Under the pieces are notes generated by a model, which was not told the DNA's origin, made no database searches, and worked only from the letters and a program-made list of their open reading frames with translations. From a virus: a stretch of DNA of 56,431 nucleotides. The stretch spans positions 1-56,431 of the IMG/VR virus record IMGVR_UViG_3300045988_170861, one strand, 5' to 3'. Position numbers and translations under genes: made by a program. Shown in pieces: positions 54,325-56,431 of this stretch. Position 1 is the stretch's first letter; every line of letters begins with the position of its first letter.

Positions 54325-54573
54325 ATGACTATAACAAATGTTACTAATTTTAGACAAAATATATTTGAAATGCTTGAAAACACAATAAAGTACAATGACT
54401 TACTAAATATTACTACTAAATTTGGTAATGCTGTTGTACTCAGTGAGGAAGATTATCATGGTTTAATAGAAACACTTGCTATTTTATCTAATCCTGAAAT
54501 GAAAGATAAAATCATAGAAGGGAAAAATACTCCACTTGAAGATTGTGTATCTGAAAGTGAGGTTGAATGGTAA
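54325..54573 (+). CDS. Phd/YefM-family antitoxin
   Basis: NFRQNIFEML...AVVLSEEDYHGLIETLAILSNPE matches YefM fold. Confidence 0.8.
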   Translation: MTITNVTNFRQNIFEMLENTIKYNDLLNITTKFGNAVVLSEEDYHGLIETLAILSNPEMKDKIIEGKNTPLEDCVSESEVEW

Positions 54574-54840
54574 TTATATAAAATTGTTTATACTAAGACT
54601 GCTATAAAAGATATTCCAAAATTAAAATCGGCTCATCTTGATAAAAAGGCTAAATTATTAATTGATTTAATTGCACAAAATCCTTATAAAACTCCACCCA
54701 GTTATGAAAAATTAATTGGCATATTAGACGGAGTATACTCTAGAAGAATAAACATTCAACACAGGTTAGTTTATCAAGTTTATGAAGAAGAAAAAATTAT
54801 AAAAGTAATTAGTTTATGGTCGCATTATGAACGAGTTTAA
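54574..54840 (+). CDS. YoeB/Txe-family toxin homolog with no ATG/GTG/TTG start, in frame directly after the Phd TAA stop
   Basis: Translation ...KIVYTKTAIKDIPKL...GVYSRRINIQHRLVYQVYEEEKIIKVISLWSHY matches YoeB/Txe; no Met codon anywhere in frame. Confidence 0.6.
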   Translation, partial: LYKIVYTKTAIKDIPKLKSAHLDKKAKLLIDLIAQNPYKTPPSYEKLIGILDGVYSRRINIQHRLVYQVYEEEKIIKVISLWSHYERV

Positions 54841-54983
54841 AACTTATGGTATAATATAGATATAACATTCCATGGCACAAATGGGAATGTTAGAACATGC
54901 ACATATTCAATCCTGTTACAATTAAATATGCGTTACGTTTTTTTGTTTCATTCAATACCACACAGGAACCGTATCAAAGAAAA

Positions 54984-55010
54984 GTCTAGCCAAAAGGTTA
55001 GGCTTTTTTT
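54984..55010 (+). terminator. rho-independent terminator (AGCC-loop-GGCT + T7)
   Basis: Short GC stem followed by TTTTTTT. Confidence 0.5.
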
Positions 55011-55011
55011 A

Positions 55012-55422
55012 TTACCATATACTATCACCATTTAATTTATTTTCTACCTCATTTAATCTATCATCTAAATCACCTAAATCAGTAGTGCCAAAAGAATATC
55101 CTTCAATATCTTGTATATCGTCTTGAGCTTCGCTGACATTATCTTCTGCTTCAGATACTCTCATTTCAGCATCAGATAATCTGCTTTCTAAATCTTGAAC
55201 ATAAGCTTCGTTATCAGCTTTTGTGCTTTCCAAATCCTCAATACGATACTCTAATGAATTAACATCGCTCTTTACCTTTTTTACATTTTTAGTCAAACCA
55301 GCTGTAGTATCTTGTAAGACTTTTATTTCTTGTTGCTGGTTATAAACAACACCAATTAAAATAACAATTAAAATAATAAATATTATATTTAATTTTTTAG
55401 TATTCATAAAATCCCTTCTCAA
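55012..55422 (-). CDS. membrane-anchored coiled-coil protein
   Basis: N-terminal TM IIFIILIVILIGVV then acidic heptad repeats. Confidence 0.5.
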   Translation of the reverse strand: MRRDFMNTKKLNIIFIILIVILIGVVYNQQQEIKVLQDTTAGLTKNVKKVKSDVNSLEYRIEDLESTKADNEAYVQDLESRLSDAEMRVSEAEDNVSEAQDDIQDIEGYSFGTTDLGDLDDRLNEVENKLNGDSIW

Positions 55423-55434
55423 TAAAAAGCTTTA

Positions 55435-55947
55435 TTAAATATCTTTTTTGACAAACTCTGTCATATGAGTAGAAAAATAATGATATGTAATATCTTTACT
55501 CCATTGGTCAAGATATAAAAACTCCTCCATGTTTATTATATTTCTATGGCTCAACGCTTTATATCTATTAATCAAATATTTTGCATTAGTTTCTTTATCA
55601 TTGGGTAATGCTAAAAACGAATTCACCGATGAAACTAGACGCCATATTAAGACAATGATACATAGTATCCCTAATATTGTATTATCAAAATAAAACATTG
55701 CTATTCCATCAAATAATGTTAGTAATGTCCCAATACTTATTGTTGTACTAGTATAATGTTTTCCATATGGTGCTAAATAATAATTAATATTAGCCGTATA
55801 GTAAAATCTAATATCATCATCTCCAGCAAAAGAAGCATCTAATATTTCAGAAGCTTTATTCATTAAAGCTCGTTTTGTTTGAATTGCTCCGATAAAATGA
55901 ATAGTCGTAAAAATTAACACAATAGCACCTAAAATAATACTAAACAT
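55435..55947 (-). CDS. integral membrane protein (3-4 TM), lysogeny-side accessory gene
   Basis: Hydrophobic segments; located between repressor and attP. Confidence 0.5.
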   Translation of the reverse strand: MFSIILGAIVLIFTTIHFIGAIQTKRALMNKASEILDASFAGDDDIRFYYTANINYYLAPYGKHYTSTTISIGTLLTLFDGIAMFYFDNTILGILCIIVLIWRLVSSVNSFLALPNDKETNAKYLINRYKALSHRNIINMEEFLYLDQWSKDITYHYFSTHMTEFVKKDI

Positions 55948-56000
55948 AAATATACCTTCTTTATTAATTTATTTTCTTTTCCATAAACTTTCTGGAATAA

Positions 56001-56378
56001 TTATGATATTTCCCTCATATCTAACTTACTTTTTTCAGCTTCTAACATATCATCGTATGCAATCTCTATTCGCATTGCTATTTTTCTTTTCACCTCATTT
56101 GGTAAATGAGAATATTTATTAAATATTTCAATATCATCAGAAGAAAAACATTCTAATTCTTCTGTATTTTTTTTATTGAAACTATTTGACATTCCTAATA
56201 AATAATCTGTAGATACATTAAAAAAATTAGCAATCTTTACCAATGTTTCTAAATCTGGAGAAGTTCTTCCCGTTTCCCAACTGCCTATTGTTTGTTGAGA
56301 TATTCCTAATATTTTTGCTAGTGCCATTTGAGAAAGTCCTTTTTTTGTACGTTCAAATTTTAATAATTTATAAAACAT
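56001..56378 (-). CDS. cI-like XRE-family repressor (125 aa)
   Basis: HTH LSQMALAKILGISQQTIGSWETG; divergent from cro-like gene across operator region at the circular junction. Confidence 0.8.
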   Translation of the reverse strand: MFYKLLKFERTKKGLSQMALAKILGISQQTIGSWETGRTSPDLETLVKIANFFNVSTDYLLGMSNSFNKKNTEELECFSSDDIEIFNKYSHLPNEVKRKIAMRIEIAYDDMLEAEKSKLDMREIS

Positions 56379-56431
56379 TTATATCCCTCCTTTAACTAAA
56401 GATTTTACAGCAATTTGTTGTAAAAAAAAAT

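Noticed and set aside
1-56431. CRISPR arrays, tRNA genes, reverse transcriptase/DGR
   Set aside because: No evenly spaced repeat-spacer arrays, no GC-rich cloverleaf-like segments and no RT motifs were seen. The repeats present are iterons or operators with irregular spacing.

Overview
This AT-rich (~70% A+T by eye) 56.4-kb window is a complete circular temperate phage genome. The first 99 nt (1..99) are identical to the last 99 nt (56333..56431), so the unit genome is about 56,332 bp, and the cI-like repressor gene spans the junction (complete copy at 56001..56378, truncated copy at 1..46). It uses the standard genetic code; several genes start with GTG or TTG. No tRNA, CRISPR array or reverse transcriptase was seen.

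Layout:
- Lysogeny/immunity side (about 52.9-56.4 kb plus wrap-around): tyrosine integrase with Tn916-like arm-binding N-terminus and duplicated GTTACCATTTT arm-type repeats; a Phd/YefM-YoeB toxin-antitoxin pair whose toxin has no start codon; two membrane proteins; the cI/cro switch with 15-bp ACTACA-N3-TGTAGT operators.
- Plus-strand early region (208..15828): a second HTH/HTH switch with AACG-N6-CGTT operators, excisionase-like and XRE HTH proteins, a secreted LysM protein, YqaJ exonuclease plus RecT, a TubR-like/TubZ tubulin-family module, a replisome-organizer-type initiator with internal 23-bp iterons, DUF1064, a radical-SAM protein next to a Dam methylase, MazG-like and SSB genes, and many hypotheticals.
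- Cassette between early and late arms: a GNAT toxin / small-antitoxin module bracketed by two copies of the same 26-bp terminator hairpin.
- Minus-strand late operon (51687 down to 16840): RepL-like HTH protein behind a TGCGCAA box array, TerS, TerL, a Prp-like cysteine protease, a 723-aa P22-like portal, scaffold, capsid, adaptor/hub/fiber proteins including an SGNH-esterase tailspike, holin, GH25 endolysin, an embedded HicAB module, two Q/N-rich putative ejection proteins, and a 4627-aa giant protein.
- No tape-measure, tail-tube or sheath gene is present, so the virion is most likely a P22-like podovirus.

The standout feature is the 4627-aa giant polyvalent protein (16840..30723). It carries an FlgJ-type glucosaminidase, an M15 zinc peptidase, an N6-adenine DNA methyltransferase domain, an SNF2-family helicase, an HExxH zincin motif and a hydrophobic C-terminus. 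This fits a virion-packaged, injected anti-restriction/ejection protein.
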